From: Bacteroidales bacterium | Lineage (GTDB): Bacteria; Bacteroidota; Bacteroidia; Bacteroidales; JAGONC01 | Direction of reading: 5' to 3' | DNA: 52,414 nucleotides | Assembly: GCA_023133655.1 (NCBI GenBank) | Contig: JAGLWB010000066.1 | Coordinates: forward strand, 1 to 52,414 | Notes under the pieces: model-generated | Databases searched by the model: none | Told to the model about the DNA's origin: nothing | What the model saw: the letters and a program-made list of their open reading frames with translations, nothing else | Shown here: positions 27,274-35,931 of the stretch, one piece after another | How the letters are laid out: the number at the start of each line of letters is the position of its first letter | Numbering within the stretch: position 1 is the stretch's first letter | Program-made: the position numbers and the translations under genes

Positions 27274-27513
27274 ATGAAATTTTCAACGAAGCTGATAAAA
27301 TGGTATATGGAAAACCGTCGTGACCTACCATGGCGTGAAACGAAAGATCCATATTTAATCTGGATTGCTGAAATTATTTTGCAGCAAACCCGTGTTAATC
27401 AGGCAGGTTTAATTGGCACCGAAGGGTATTTGCCTGTAAATATTCAGGAGATCAAAAAATATCCTGTGCCGCGTCTCATTGAAATGTTTTTTGAAGAATT
27501 TTTTCTTGATTAA
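27274..27513 (+). pseudogene. mutY: mutY (A/G-specific adenine glycosylase) with a large in-frame internal deletion
   Basis: The N-terminus LIKWYMENRRDLPWRETKDPYLIWIAEIILQQTRV is the canonical MutY start. It joins directly to a C-terminal-tail-like IQEIKKYPVPRLIEMFFEEF. 79 aa, against ~350 expected. The HhH-GPD, Fe-S and NUDIX-like regions are absent. The locus is the expected mutY-ssb-gldE-gldD position. Confidence 0.7.
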
Positions 27514-27516
27514 TCT

Positions 27517-27584
27517 GAGGTTTAATTCCCCGAGGCTTGCCTCGGAAATAAGGTACAGGGATTGCCCTGGGGTTTAATCCCATT
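27517..27584 (+). repeat. 68-bp double-hairpin repeat, direct copy 1 (partner 28760-28827)
   Basis: gaggtttaattccccgaggcttgcctcggaaataaggtacagggattgccctggggtttaatcccatt. 4-5 mismatches to copy 2. Hairpins ccgaggc-ttg-cctcgg and cagggattgccctg. Confidence 0.8.
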
Positions 27585-27689
27585 CCTGTTTTGTGCGGTA
27601 AGTTTTCTTTAAATTTTAATTGTTTGTAAGACTGTTAGTTATAAGAATAATAACTTAAATTTGGGTGTCCTGATGCTGCAGTACTTTTT

Positions 27690-27717
27690 AATTTATTATT
27701 TATTATTGGTTATTTTT
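27690..27717. repeat. AT-rich repeat (aatttattatttattattggttattttt), inverted partner at 28677-28704, third copy at 1389-1414
   Basis: About 25 of 28 positions match the reverse complement of 28677-28704 by eye. Confidence 0.6.
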
Positions 27718-27886
27718 CATTTCTGATTTTAATTTTTAATTTTTATTCCTCTTATTCCGATTTCTCTCGGCAGTTTCTATACCAGGCAAATCAAGGGATG
27801 AAAGATTTTTTTTCTGATTGCAGAAGCTCATAATATGAGCACTCTTAATAAACTCTTTCAAGTAAGCCAGGGCCAAATGCTGGGCT

Positions 27887-28560
27887 AAATATTATTTTGA
27901 TGTGCTGGCCTTACGTTTCAAGGGGCAAAGCCCCTTAAGGTAATAGCACAGGGTGTAGTGAAACGAAACCCTGTGCTAAGGGATTAATATTTGATACAAG
28001 CCTGAAAGGGCGGCACCCTCAAACACATGGTTGGTTTTGAATATACCTTTCAACAACCTTCACCTTTGACGAACTCACAGAGAAAACCCCATACCCTCCT
28101 TGCCATGAAAAATTAGTAATTCCCTGTCTTTTAATCCATTTGGTAGAACCTGTTTTGATTTTTGAAATTAATTCGGAAACAGTAATAGTCCGGGGCAATG
28201 TGCACAAAACATGAATGTGATCAGGATTAGCATAAATTTCATCCGCCTCAGGCGGACCAATATTTGATAATGTTCCTATGATATAAGCGTGTAAATCCTT
28301 TCTAATGGCATTTGTGATTAATGGCATATCTTTTTTGGTAAAAAACACACAATGTATATCTACTTTTGATAAACTTTGTGGCATAATTTTATTATTAATT
28401 ACCTGTCGGGCTTTCAGCCCTAATTTAACATTAACGTCCTTATATCACAGGGCTTCGTTTCACTTCGCCCTGAGCTTAAACCTTGAATCCTTTCAGGATT
28501 CTAAATAGCTAACTTAAGTGGACCCTTTCAGAATTCTAAATAGCCAAACTCAATTGAATA
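27887..28560 (-). mobile_element. RAYT/IS200-like Y1 transposase unit with flanking REP hairpins (copy 1)
   Basis: The transposase gene is flanked by inverted copies of a ~29-nt REP: 27946-27976 gcacagggtgtagtgaaacgaaaccctgtgc, and 28446-28474 cacagggcttcgtttcacttcgccctgag. Extra hairpins at 27920-27936, 27999-28017, 28408-28420, 28485-28501 and 28521-28536. End motif aaatattattttgatgtgct at 27887-27906. Confidence 0.7.
28019..28384 (-). CDS. REP-associated tyrosine transposase (IS200/IS605 TnpA-like HUH/Y1 enzyme), short form
   Basis: MPQSLSKVDIHCVFFTKK.. N-terminus is typical of Bacteroidota COG1943 proteins. HUH motif DHIHVL. Candidate catalytic Tyr in RYIQNQ, by analogy with the IS608 TnpA helix-alphaD Tyr. 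The ORF ends 3 codons later, inside a REP hairpin (121 aa versus ~150). Confidence 0.75.
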   Translation of the reverse strand: MPQSLSKVDIHCVFFTKKDMPLITNAIRKDLHAYIIGTLSNIGPPEADEIYANPDHIHVLCTLPRTITVSELISKIKTGSTKWIKRQGITNFSWQGGYGVFSVSSSKVKVVERYIQNQPCV

Positions 28561-28676
28561 TTGCAAAAAGTTTCTTGCTTTCATTTGCATCAATTTATGA
28601 TTAATCCAAAAAAATGCATTTTGTGACCCTTGTTAAAAGATTTAATTTCTAATGATAAATTAGAAATATTTATAAG

Positions 28677-28704
28677 AAATAACCAATAAAAAATAATAAA
28701 TGAA
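28677..28704. repeat. inverted partner of the AT-rich repeat at 27690-27717
   Basis: aaataaccaataaaaaataataaatg is the reverse complement of the left copy, with ~3 mismatches. Confidence 0.6.
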
Positions 28705-28759
28705 AAATAGGAGATCAGAAAGTCTTGCTTATATTTTTGGTGTCCCATTGCATAAAACA

Positions 28760-28827
28760 GGAGGTTTAATTCCCCGAGGCTTGCCTCGGAAATAGGGTAC
28801 AGGGCTTGCCCTGGGGGTTAATACCAT
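28760..28827 (+). repeat. 68-bp double-hairpin repeat, direct copy 2
   Basis: gaggtttaattccccgaggcttgcctcggaaatagggtacagggcttgccctgggggttaataccatt. Confidence 0.8.
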
Positions 28828-28950
28828 TTAATTAAAATTAAAAAAAATAATTTTTTTGCTTTTTTTAGGGTCACAAAATCGAGATTCCCGGATTAACAGA
28901 AAATCAAGGGTGAAATTATTGAAACCGGTCAAAAGGCACTCAAATTTTAT

Positions 28951-28958
28951 TAACTTTG
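28951..28958 (+). promoter_or_regulatory. candidate -7 box (TAACTTTG) for ssb
   Basis: TAnnTTTG match 28 nt upstream of ATG 28986. Confidence 0.4.
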
Positions 28959-28985
28959 TAATAGTTTAATTTAAAAATTAATTTT

Positions 28986-29420
28986 ATGGCTAACGGAATA
29001 AATAAAGTAATTTTAATTGGGAATTTAGGTAGGGATCCTGAAGTCCAGACGTTTGATAATGATGTAAAAAAGGCCAACCTATCACTGGCCACAACAGAAA
29101 CATTTACAAACAGAGAAGGTAACAAAGAGCAACGCACAGAATGGCACAGGGTTGTTTTGTGGAGGCGCCTGGCTGAAATAGCCGAAGAATATTTACACAA
29201 AGGGAATCAGATTTACATTGAGGGAAGGTTAAGAACAAGGAAGTGGGAAGATAAAGATGGTAATGCCCGATACACAACCGAGGTTGAAGGACAAAATATG
29301 ACAATGCTTGGTGGCAGACCTTCAGAAAATAATTCAGGGACCCCTCCTGTAGACAAGGAAGTTGTTCAGGAAGATAATGACACTGACACGGAAACTCCTG
29401 AGGACGATCTGCCATTCTAA
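28986..29420 (+). CDS. ssb: single-stranded DNA-binding protein
   Basis: [16 protein letters not shown]-fold start. Acidic C-terminal tail ending in DDLPF. Confidence 0.95.
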   Translation: MANGINKVILIGNLGRDPEVQTFDNDVKKANLSLATTETFTNREGNKEQRTEWHRVVLWRRLAEIAEEYLHKGNQIYIEGRLRTRKWEDKDGNARYTTEVEGQNMTMLGGRPSENNSGTPPVDKEVVQEDNDTDTETPEDDLPF

Positions 29421-29432
29421 GAATGGAAAATG

Positions 29433-29478
29433 AGAGGCTGTTGGATAGTTTGGCTATCAAACAGCCTCTATTATTTTT
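29433..29478 (+). terminator. intrinsic terminator after ssb
   Basis: agaggctgtt (29433-29442) pairs perfectly with aacagcctct (29460-29469). An inner gatag/ctatc pairing extends the stem. Followed by tattattttt. Confidence 0.65.
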
Positions 29479-29502
29479 GACCCCTGTTTTGTGAATATTA
29501 AT

Positions 29503-29510
29503 TACTTTTG
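29503..29510 (+). promoter_or_regulatory. candidate -7 box (TACTTTTG) for gldE-gldD
   Basis: TAnnTTTG match 41 nt upstream of the TTG start at 29551. Confidence 0.4.
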
Positions 29511-29550
29511 CGGCAAGAGTAATTAATTAAGATCGAAACTTCATTGTATT

Positions 29551-30891
29551 TTGGACGATCTATATACTGGACTAAATTTTTTCTATATTTTTTTACTATC
29601 CAATAGCTTTTCGTTTTTACCCTCGCCAGATATTATTATTGGGTTTATAGCTATGATTGGATTATTGATGTGTTCAGCATTGATCGCCGGATCTGAGATA
29701 GCTTTTTTTTCGCTTAGTCCTTTGCAAACGGAAGAGATCAAAACGATTAGCAGTAAAAAGAATAAATTAATAACCTCCCTCCTGGAGAACCCCAAGTACC
29801 TTCTGGCAACTATATTGATTTCAAACAATTTTGTTATCGTTTCTATTGTTATATTATCAACATATCTGACTTCCGAACTTTTTGATCTTCACGCCCATCC
29901 GGTGGTGACATTTATTAGTCAGGTGATTATTGTTACAACCTTAATTTTGCTTTTTGGCGAGATACTTCCAAAGATTTATGCAACACAATATCCGGTTCGT
30001 TTTGCGAACATTATGGCACGGCCTTTATTGATTCTCAAAAAGCTTTGCTTTCCTCTTAGTCTGTTTTTGGTCAGGTCGACATCTTTAATTGACAAAAGAA
30101 TCTCAAAAAAAGGAACAGGAATATCAAGAAGTGATTTGTCTAAAGCTGTTGATTTTACATCAGATGAAAGCACACCGGAAGAAGAAAAAAATATATTGAA
30201 GGGGATTGCGAAGTTTGGCGCAACAGAAGTGAGAGAGATCATGAAATCCAGGGTGGATGTAACTGCTGTTGATTCAAAAACGAAATTCCCGGAGCTTATT
30301 GAAATAATAAATGATTCGGGCTACTCACGCATACCGGTTTTCGAGGAGAGCTTCGATAATATTTTGGGTATATTATACGTCAAAGACCTTCTTCCTCATC
30401 TGGGTAAACCGACGGATTTTCAGTGGTTGTTTTTAATAAGACCGGCAATCTTTGTTCCTGAAATTAAAAGGATCAACGACTTGCTTAAGGAATTTAAGGT
30501 GAAAAAGATCCATCTCGCTATTGTGGTTGATGAATATGGTGGCACCTCCGGGATAATAACCCTGGAAGACATTCTGGAAGAAATAGTTGGGGAGATCAGT
30601 GATGAATTTGATACGGAAAGTGATATGATTATTTATAAAAAGCTGGATGACAATAATTATTTATTTGAAGGCAAAACCCTGATTAATGATTTTTGTAAGA
30701 TTTTAAAGATTGATGATGAAATCTTTGATGAGGTTAAAGGAGAATCAGAATCACTGGCAGGCTTGATCCTTGAAATAGTTGGAAGGATGCCGGAAAAGAA
30801 TGAACAGGTTTCATTTAAAGAATATAGATTCAAGATAATCTCTGCTGATAAGCGAAGAATTAAACAAATTAAACTTACCATAAAAAGATGA
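29551..30891 (+). CDS. gldE: gliding motility-associated GldE (DUF21/CNNM TM domain, CBS pair and CorC_HlyC)
   Basis: Multi-TM N-terminus, CBS pair (..REIMKSRVDV.., ..GIITLEDILEEIVGEI), and a transporter-associated C-domain. Followed by gldD as in Flavobacterium johnsoniae. TTG start, so the N-terminus is uncertain. Confidence 0.8.
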   Translation: MDDLYTGLNFFYIFLLSNSFSFLPSPDIIIGFIAMIGLLMCSALIAGSEIAFFSLSPLQTEEIKTISSKKNKLITSLLENPKYLLATILISNNFVIVSIVILSTYLTSELFDLHAHPVVTFISQVIIVTTLILLFGEILPKIYATQYPVRFANIMARPLLILKKLCFPLSLFLVRSTSLIDKRISKKGTGISRSDLSKAVDFTSDESTPEEEKNILKGIAKFGATEVREIMKSRVDVTAVDSKTKFPELIEIINDSGYSRIPVFEESFDNILGILYVKDLLPHLGKPTDFQWLFLIRPAIFVPEIKRINDLLKEFKVKKIHLAIVVDEYGGTSGIITLEDILEEIVGEISDEFDTESDMIIYKKLDDNNYLFEGKTLINDFCKILKIDDEIFDEVKGESESLAGLILEIVGRMPEKNEQVSFKEYRFKIISADKRRIKQIKLTIKR

Positions 30892-31490
30892 TCAAGTGGA
30901 GAAATATCCACAATAAAGGATATATCATCTTAGTTGTTTGGATGATTATTATAATGGTGTCATGTGACGATCATTATGTTCCCAAGCCCAGAGGGTATTT
31001 CCGGATCGATTTCCCTGAAAAAGAGTTTATCCTCCTTGATTCAATATTTCCTTTTAAATTTGAATATCCGGGTTATACGAAAATAATACCCGATCGTAAT
31101 GCGATGAAACAACCCTATTGGATAAGTATTGATTATCCTTTTTATCAGGGGCGGATTTATTTGAGCTATAAGCCGGTGCAACATAACCTTCCTAAATTAC
31201 TTGACGATTCACGTTCATTGGTGCTAAAGCATATTACAAAAGCCACTTCCATTTATGAACAACCTGTGATTGACGAAAGCCGTTGTGTTTATGGAATGTT
31301 GTTTGAGATAAAAGGGGCCGAAACAGCATCACCTTTTCAGTTCTATGTTACAGACAGCACCAAACATTTCCTTCGAGGTGCTTTGTATTTTAATGTCATT
31401 CCTAATAATGATTCGCTATCTCCGGTTATTGATTTTATCAAAGATGATATCCTCCAAATGATTGCTACATTGGAATGGAAAGATGTTTAA
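30888..31490 (+). CDS. gldD: gliding motility lipoprotein GldD
   Basis: 4-nt overlap with gldE. Lipobox-like ..IIMVSC, followed by the conserved PKPRGYFRIDFPEK. Confidence 0.8.
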   Translation: MIKWRNIHNKGYIILVVWMIIIMVSCDDHYVPKPRGYFRIDFPEKEFILLDSIFPFKFEYPGYTKIIPDRNAMKQPYWISIDYPFYQGRIYLSYKPVQHNLPKLLDDSRSLVLKHITKATSIYEQPVIDESRCVYGMLFEIKGAETASPFQFYVTDSTKHFLRGALYFNVIPNNDSLSPVIDFIKDDILQMIATLEWKDV

Positions 31491-31638
31491 CTTTATCTTC
31501 ATTTTACATTTTCCTGATAATTTCATTGAAAATTCTATCTGTTTGCTTCTTTCTTTCGGATAATTCCTTACTTTTGAACCGGAATTAAAAAAACCAGGGA
31601 TGTAGCATACAATATTATATTTAAAAGGGGGAGAGCTT

Positions 31639-32550
31639 ATGATTGAAACTGTAAAAATCGGCACACTTAAATGGCACCATGTTCTTGCCCCGGATGATAA
31701 CGATCTGAATTACCTCCTTGAAAATTTTTATTTCCATCTCCTCGATATTGAAGATTGCAAAAGTATCAATCAGCGATCCAAAATCGACATTTACGACGAC
31801 TATTATTTTATGATCCTGCATTTCCCGAATTTTGACCGGTGGAACAGGTTTTTAAAGTCAAAGGAGGTAAAGATCTTCTGGGGAGAGGACTATGTGATCA
31901 CCATCGGGGAATCTCACTGGGTAGTGAAGGAGATGTTCAATGAATTTAAAGACCAGGCAGAAAGAGGTGAAGAGTTTGAAATAGGAACAAGTGATGCGCT
32001 GCTTTATCAGATCCTGTTGAAGTTAATGACCGAAACATTATCGTTAATTCGAAAAGTTGGATTGGAAGTAGAACTCATTAACCGGGATTTGTTTAGTAAA
32101 AAAGCAGAACGTACCATTGAAGGAATTTCCATTAACAGAAAAAACATCATTCTTCTCAACACCATTTTTAAACCTCAACTCAGACTGTTTCATAAATTTG
32201 AATCCGGTGATATTGAAGGTTATGCTGAGAACATGGAGGATTACTGGGGAAATATTCTTGACTTCTATCAGAAGATATGGGATATGACAGAGGATTACGG
32301 TGAGTTGATCGACGGATTGTCAAAAACATTCGATTCTCTCCAGACGCATAAGATCAATGAGATCATGAAAATTCTTACCATGATTTCTTCCGTATTACTC
32401 CCGTTAACTTTTGTTGCCAGCATATATGGCATGAACAACATGAATTTACCCTTAACAAATTATCCCCATTCATTTTGGATCATTATGGCATCTATGTTGT
32501 GTCTGGGAGTATTAATGATTTTTTACTTCAAAAAACGGAAGTGGCTGTAA
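31639..32550 (+). CDS. corA: CorA family magnesium/cobalt transporter
   Basis: YGMN signature (SIYGMNNMNLP) between two C-terminal TM helices. 303 aa. Confidence 0.9.
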   Translation: MIETVKIGTLKWHHVLAPDDNDLNYLLENFYFHLLDIEDCKSINQRSKIDIYDDYYFMILHFPNFDRWNRFLKSKEVKIFWGEDYVITIGESHWVVKEMFNEFKDQAERGEEFEIGTSDALLYQILLKLMTETLSLIRKVGLEVELINRDLFSKKAERTIEGISINRKNIILLNTIFKPQLRLFHKFESGDIEGYAENMEDYWGNILDFYQKIWDMTEDYGELIDGLSKTFDSLQTHKINEIMKILTMISSVLLPLTFVASIYGMNNMNLPLTNYPHSFWIIMASMLCLGVLMIFYFKKRKWL

Positions 32551-32565
32551 GACCCTGAAATCTAT

Positions 32566-33648
32566 TTAAGGATTTTTTGGATTGATTATCTTCGATTGAA
32601 TATCAATTGTTTCTTTGTGTATAATTTGTAACAGCTTAAGAAGGAAGTCTTTGTTTATGCCTTTTGTTATTCCCGATTCAACCCTGTCGGTAATAATATT
32701 GCTCCACCGTTTTAATTGAAGGATGGTAATTTTGTTTGTTTTTTTATAAGCAGCAATTTCTTTTACGATGTCCATTCTTCTGGAGAGGATCTCCAGCAAT
32801 TCAGCATCAAGTTTATCTATTTCTGATCGAAAAGCTTCCAATTTATCTTCAAAATCAATATTTCCTGACTTTTGCCTGATGACCAACCGCTTGAGAAGAT
32901 TTTTTAATTCGACAGGTGTTATCTGCTGAGCTGCATCTGTCATGGCCTGTTCGGGATTGATATGAGATTCTATCATTAACCCATCCATTTCCAGGTCCAT
33001 TGCTTTCTGTGAAACTTCAAATAATAATTCTTTTTTCCCGCAAATATGACTTGGATCACAAAGTACAGGAAGGTGAGGGTGAAGTCTTTTTAATTCAATT
33101 GGTATCTCCCACATTGGGCTGTTACGATAAATTGATTTTTTATAATAATAAAAACCCCTATGGATGGCGATCAGCTTTTCAACGCCGGCTTTATGTACTC
33201 TTTCCAGCGCCCCGATCCAGGTTTTGATATCAGGAACAACAGGGTTTTTTACCATAACAGGGATTCCAACTCCTTTAAATGCATTTGATATTTCCTCCAC
33301 GGCAAATGGATTCACAACTGTTCTGGCTCCTATCCACAGCACATCAACGCTTGCTTTTAAGCACTTCTCGACATGATATGGGGTGGCAACTTCTACTGCA
33401 GTTTTTAGTCCGGTGGTATCTTTGATTTGCTGCAGCCATTTCAGGCCTTTCTCCCCAACTCCCCGGAACAGGTCAGGTCTGGTTCTGGGTTTCCAGATAC
33501 CTGCTCTGAAAATCGTTACCTGTCCGATATCTGATAACCCCATTGCAGTGTTTAACATCTGTTGTTCTGACTCAGCGCTACAAGGCCCACTGATGATAAG
33601 AGGCTTTTGCTTTATGGTGAGCCATTCCGAAAGAGGAGTGATGTTCAT
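32566..33648 (-). CDS. bifunctional 3-deoxy-7-phosphoheptulonate synthase / chorismate mutase type II
   Basis: N-terminal type I-beta DAHPS (LIISGPCSAES.., FRAGIWKPRT, CDPSH). C-terminal CM_2 helix (IDKLDAELLEILSRRMDIVKEIAAYK). Start set at ATG 33648 (MNITPLSEW..) rather than the track's 33702. Confidence 0.85.
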   Translation of the reverse strand: MNITPLSEWLTIKQKPLIISGPCSAESEQQMLNTAMGLSDIGQVTIFRAGIWKPRTRPDLFRGVGEKGLKWLQQIKDTTGLKTAVEVATPYHVEKCLKASVDVLWIGARTVVNPFAVEEISNAFKGVGIPVMVKNPVVPDIKTWIGALERVHKAGVEKLIAIHRGFYYYKKSIYRNSPMWEIPIELKRLHPHLPVLCDPSHICGKKELLFEVSQKAMDLEMDGLMIESHINPEQAMTDAAQQITPVELKNLLKRLVIRQKSGNIDFEDKLEAFRSEIDKLDAELLEILSRRMDIVKEIAAYKKTNKITILQLKRWSNIITDRVESGITKGINKDFLLKLLQIIHKETIDIQSKIINPKNP

Positions 33649-33700
33649 AATTAGAACTTGTTTTGCCGTGTAAAAGTAAAAAAAATTTCTTCCCTTTTTC

Positions 33701-34290
33701 AATGCACCTCATCCCCTGGCCCCTTCTTTGTCATCCACCTCATCCCCTGCCCCTTCTCCTCAAGGAGAAGGGAGGAGCGCCGAGCCATGTAGATAAGCGG
33801 TAAGCCCTGTTCTCTCCGCCAGCTGGCGGAGGAGTTAGAGGGGGTGCATTTATTATTATTTTGGATTTATGAACAGAGGAACAGAGGATTGTTGATTTTT
33901 GAAGTGTTCTCAGATCTTAAATCCTTTGTTCCTCTGTTCCTTTGTTCTACATCATAAAATTCTCCGTTCTATTTTTTAAATACTTGATTAACGTATAGTC
34001 ATTATTAAACCCAGAGGGTTTACATGTTTATAGCAAACAGGATGTTAAAGGTTGTATTCGACCCCAGCCGGGGTCGTATTTTTAATGCTATTGTATTATC
34101 TATAAACATTTGATGCCTTCGGCATCTGGATTTATGAACAGAGGAACAGAGGATTGTTGATTTTTGAAGTGTTCACATATCTTAAGGTCATTGTTAAACC
34201 CGGTGGTTTTACATGTTTATAGAAAAATTATCCTCGTAAACAAGGGGTGAGGCAAAATGGGGGTGAGGCAATAAAACAGGGATTAATTAA
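33701..34290. repeat. dense repeat/hairpin field in the divergent aro / asnS intergenic region
   Basis: 58-bp unit at 33863-33920, repeated at 34128-34185 with 2 mismatches. ~40-bp unit at 33998-34036, repeated at 34187-34226. Hairpins at 33751-33772 (9-bp stem), 33814-33831, 34059-34076 and 34112-34126. 20-bp arm 33871-33890 pairs with 33920-33939. The cacctcatcccc x2 motif (33706-33748) is roughly inverted as ggggtgagg x2 (34244-34267). Confidence 0.8.
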
Positions 34291-34319
34291 TTTATCCTAT
34301 TCATTTCTTTCAAAATAAT

Positions 34320-34327
34320 TATTTTTG
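34320..34327 (+). promoter_or_regulatory. candidate -7 box (TATTTTTG) for asnS
   Basis: TAnnTTTG match 24 nt upstream of ATG 34351. Confidence 0.4.
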
Positions 34328-34350
34328 CATAGCAAACTTAATGGAGAATT

Positions 34351-35802
34351 ATGGAAAAGATAAAAAGTAGAAATGTAAAGGAGTCGCTGGATTCGAGAGA
34401 TTATGGAACAAAGGTCAATGTAAAAGGTTGGGTAAGGACCAAGAGAGGAAGTAAAAATGTTGTGTTTATCTCTTTAAATGATGGATCAACCATTCATAAC
34501 CTTCAGATTGTTGTCGACCTGGAAAAGATCAATGAACAAACCTTAAATAATGTAACTACCGGTGCCGCTATTTCAGTTGATGGGGAATTGGTCAAATCGC
34601 TTGGAAGTGGTCAGGCTGTGGAGGTGAATGCTATTACTGTTGATGTGTTAGGTACAGCAGACCCCGAGGAATATCCGTTGCAACCTAAGAAACATTCGCT
34701 GGAGTTTTTAAGGGAGATTGCCCATTTGCGGTTTAGAACCAGTACATTTGGCGCTATTGCCCGGGTTAGACATACCATGATTTTTGCTATACACAAATTT
34801 TTTAACGATCGGGGTTTTTACAATATTCATACCCCCATCATTACAGCTGCTGATGCAGAAGGAGCAGGAGAGATGTTCAGGGTTTCTGTGCTTAATCCTG
34901 AGAACCCACTCCGCGATGAAAGTGGCTCTATAGATTTCAAACAGGATTTTTTTGGCAGAGAAACAAACCTAACGGTTTCAGGACAACTTGAAGCCGAACT
35001 GGCAGCCTTAGCTCTGTCAAAGGTTTATACATTCGGGCCAACGTTTCGCGCCGAAAACTCAAATACTTCCAGGCATCTATCCGAGTTTTGGATGATAGAA
35101 CCTGAAGTCGCGTTTTCTGATATTAATGATAATATGGACCTTGCCGAAGATATGTTGAAATACCTGGTTCAGTATGCACTTGACCATTGCCAGGACGACC
35201 TGTTGTTTTTAAATAAACGCCAGCAGGATGAAGAGAAAAATAAAAAAATGGACCAAAGGTCTCCCATGACACTTTTGGAGAAACTTCAGTTTGTTCTTGA
35301 TAATGATTTTTTGCGAATTACTTATAGTGAAGCCATTGATATTCTGAAAAATTCCAAGCCAAATAAAAAGAAAAAATTTTCTTACCTGGTCGAGAAGTGG
35401 GGCGTAGACCTTCAATCAGAGCATGAGCGTTACCTTGTTGAAAAGCATTTTAAGAAGCCGGTCATTATCTCTGATTATCCCAAGAACATCAAAGCTTTTT
35501 ACATGAAGCTGAATGATGATGGAAAGACGGTAAGGGCGATGGACGTGTTGTTTCCTCAGATAGGCGAGATTATCGGCGGTTCTCAAAGGGAAGAATCGTA
35601 TGAGAAATTAATGCAACGAATTAAGGAATGTAATATCTCCGAAAAAGATATCTGGTGGTATATTGAAACACGAAAATTTGGTACTGTTCCTCATAGTGGG
35701 TACGGGTTCGGATTTGAACGGTTTATTCAATTTTTAACCGGCATGGGAAATATCAGAGATGTTATCCCTTTTCCCCGTACACCCAAGAATGCAGAGTTTT
35801 AG
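34351..35802 (+). CDS. asnS: asparagine--tRNA ligase
   Basis: OB anticodon-binding N-domain. Class II motifs [21 protein letters not shown] and GFGFERF. 483 aa. Confidence 0.93.
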   Translation: MEKIKSRNVKESLDSRDYGTKVNVKGWVRTKRGSKNVVFISLNDGSTIHNLQIVVDLEKINEQTLNNVTTGAAISVDGELVKSLGSGQAVEVNAITVDVLGTADPEEYPLQPKKHSLEFLREIAHLRFRTSTFGAIARVRHTMIFAIHKFFNDRGFYNIHTPIITAADAEGAGEMFRVSVLNPENPLRDESGSIDFKQDFFGRETNLTVSGQLEAELAALALSKVYTFGPTFRAENSNTSRHLSEFWMIEPEVAFSDINDNMDLAEDMLKYLVQYALDHCQDDLLFLNKRQQDEEKNKKMDQRSPMTLLEKLQFVLDNDFLRITYSEAIDILKNSKPNKKKKFSYLVEKWGVDLQSEHERYLVEKHFKKPVIISDYPKNIKAFYMKLNDDGKTVRAMDVLFPQIGEIIGGSQREESYEKLMQRIKECNISEKDIWWYIETRKFGTVPHSGYGFGFERFIQFLTGMGNIRDVIPFPRTPKNAEF

Positions 35803-35886
35803 GATTGGTTCCCGGTTGAAAATAGTCTTATGGCGGATTCTTTCAGGGTGAATTAAGTTAAGTTTTTTTTTTACCTCCAAAATGAT

Positions 35887-35894
35887 TATATTTG
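35887..35894 (+). promoter_or_regulatory. candidate -7 box (TATATTTG) for rpoN
   Basis: TAnnTTTG match 38 nt upstream of ATG 35932. Confidence 0.4.
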
Positions 35895-35931
35895 TAAGGA
35901 TAAAAAAAGCGCTTAGAAAATAAATTAACGT

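Noticed and set aside
28940-29460. Two minus-strand ORFs (86 and 118 aa) overlapping ssb
   Set aside because: They are antisense to an unmistakable ssb gene (OB fold, DDLPF tail).
33701-34290. tRNA or other classical RNA gene in the long aro/asnS spacer
   Set aside because: I could not find a cloverleaf with a T-loop GTTCRANYC-type motif or an acceptor stem. The hairpins are simple palindromes that recur as repeats.
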